DNA from: Thermofilaceae archaeon
Lineage (GTDB): Archaea; Thermoproteota; Thermoprotei; Thermofilales; Thermofilaceae
DNA: 15,206 nucleotides
Direction: 5' to 3'
Assembly: GCA_038727095.1 (NCBI GenBank)
Contig: JAVYWK010000036.1
Span: 1-15,206, forward strand
The translations under genes and the position numbers were made by a program. Below the pieces are notes generated by a model. It was given only the letters and a program-made list of their open reading frames with translations. It was not told where the DNA came from and searched no databases. This document shows positions 14,850-15,206 of the stretch, one piece after another (position 1 is the stretch's first letter; the number at the start of each line of letters is the position of its first letter).

Positions 14850-15206
14850 GGCCTGCTGATCTCGTACCAGATCGTCCGGTAGCCGGGGCCGATTTCGAAG
14901 ACCGTCCAGCCGCCCTCAACGGTGGTGGGTAGCTTCTCTCTCCTCCTGCCCGTGTTATCGAGGGCCCAGACCTCCACCTCCCCCTTAACCCTGATCCTCG
15001 CCCTCACACCCTCAGCGATCGTGGGGCCGGGGCCCCAGTTGTCGCCGCAGGTGACCTGAACGTTGAGTGGAGGATTGATTTCGACGGTGTAGCCCTGGGG
15101 CAGCTGGGTGACCCTCGCTACAAGTCGGTTGGTCGCGTACTCCCTCAGCTCCATCCCGTTGTTGCCGATGTAGCCGATGGCTACGAGGAGCATGCTCCTG
15201 GACCTC
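14846..15206 (-). CDS. C-terminal fragment of a larger protein, probably a multi-domain glycoside hydrolase/carbohydrate-binding protein
   Basis: The frame is open to the window edge (RSRS-MLLVA). The tail LLVA...N.GM...WGPGPT..E...VWALDNTGRRR...FEIG...TIWYEI resembles C-termini I recall from CBM-containing GH-A clan enzymes. The CDS is secure; the product call is tentative. Confidence 0.55.
   Translation of the reverse strand, partial: RSRSMLLVAIGYIGNNGMELREYATNRLVARVTQLPQGYTVEINPPLNVQVTCGDNWGPGPTIAEGVRARIRVKGEVEVWALDNTGRRREKLPTTVEGGWTVFEIGPGYRTIWYEISRP

Overview
A gene-dense, GC-rich window with 14 protein-coding genes, two of them cut by the window edges. No rRNA, tRNA, CRISPR array, transposase or integrase is recognisable. 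Nine genes have a TATA-like box 21-23 nt upstream of the start codon, which implies leaderless transcripts. Together with the protein style this points to a thermophilic Thermoproteota archaeon, possibly Thermofilum-like (inference only). Gene order: MFS transporter (partial, +); Gfo/Idh/MocA oxidoreductase (-); DUF6786-like protein (-); predicted beta-propeller (+); tldD-tldE/pmbA (+); A15/T6 terminator; stand-alone ODP-type di-iron MBL-fold protein (-); cyclophilin-like DUF369 protein (-); GH116 glycosidase (-); PHP metallohydrolase plus HAD phosphatase (+); one ORF fusing a PAP2-like membrane phosphatase to a ZIP metal transporter (-); YdjC/ChbG deacetylase (+); C-terminus of a probable large glycoside hydrolase (partial, -). 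The best leads are the PAP2-ZIP fusion, the grouping of three unrelated phosphoesterase folds with GH116 and a deacetylase (candidate glyco/phospholipid or glycoconjugate scavenging locus), the orphan ODP, and shared promoter/operator motifs. All family calls come from motif recognition, not database searches.
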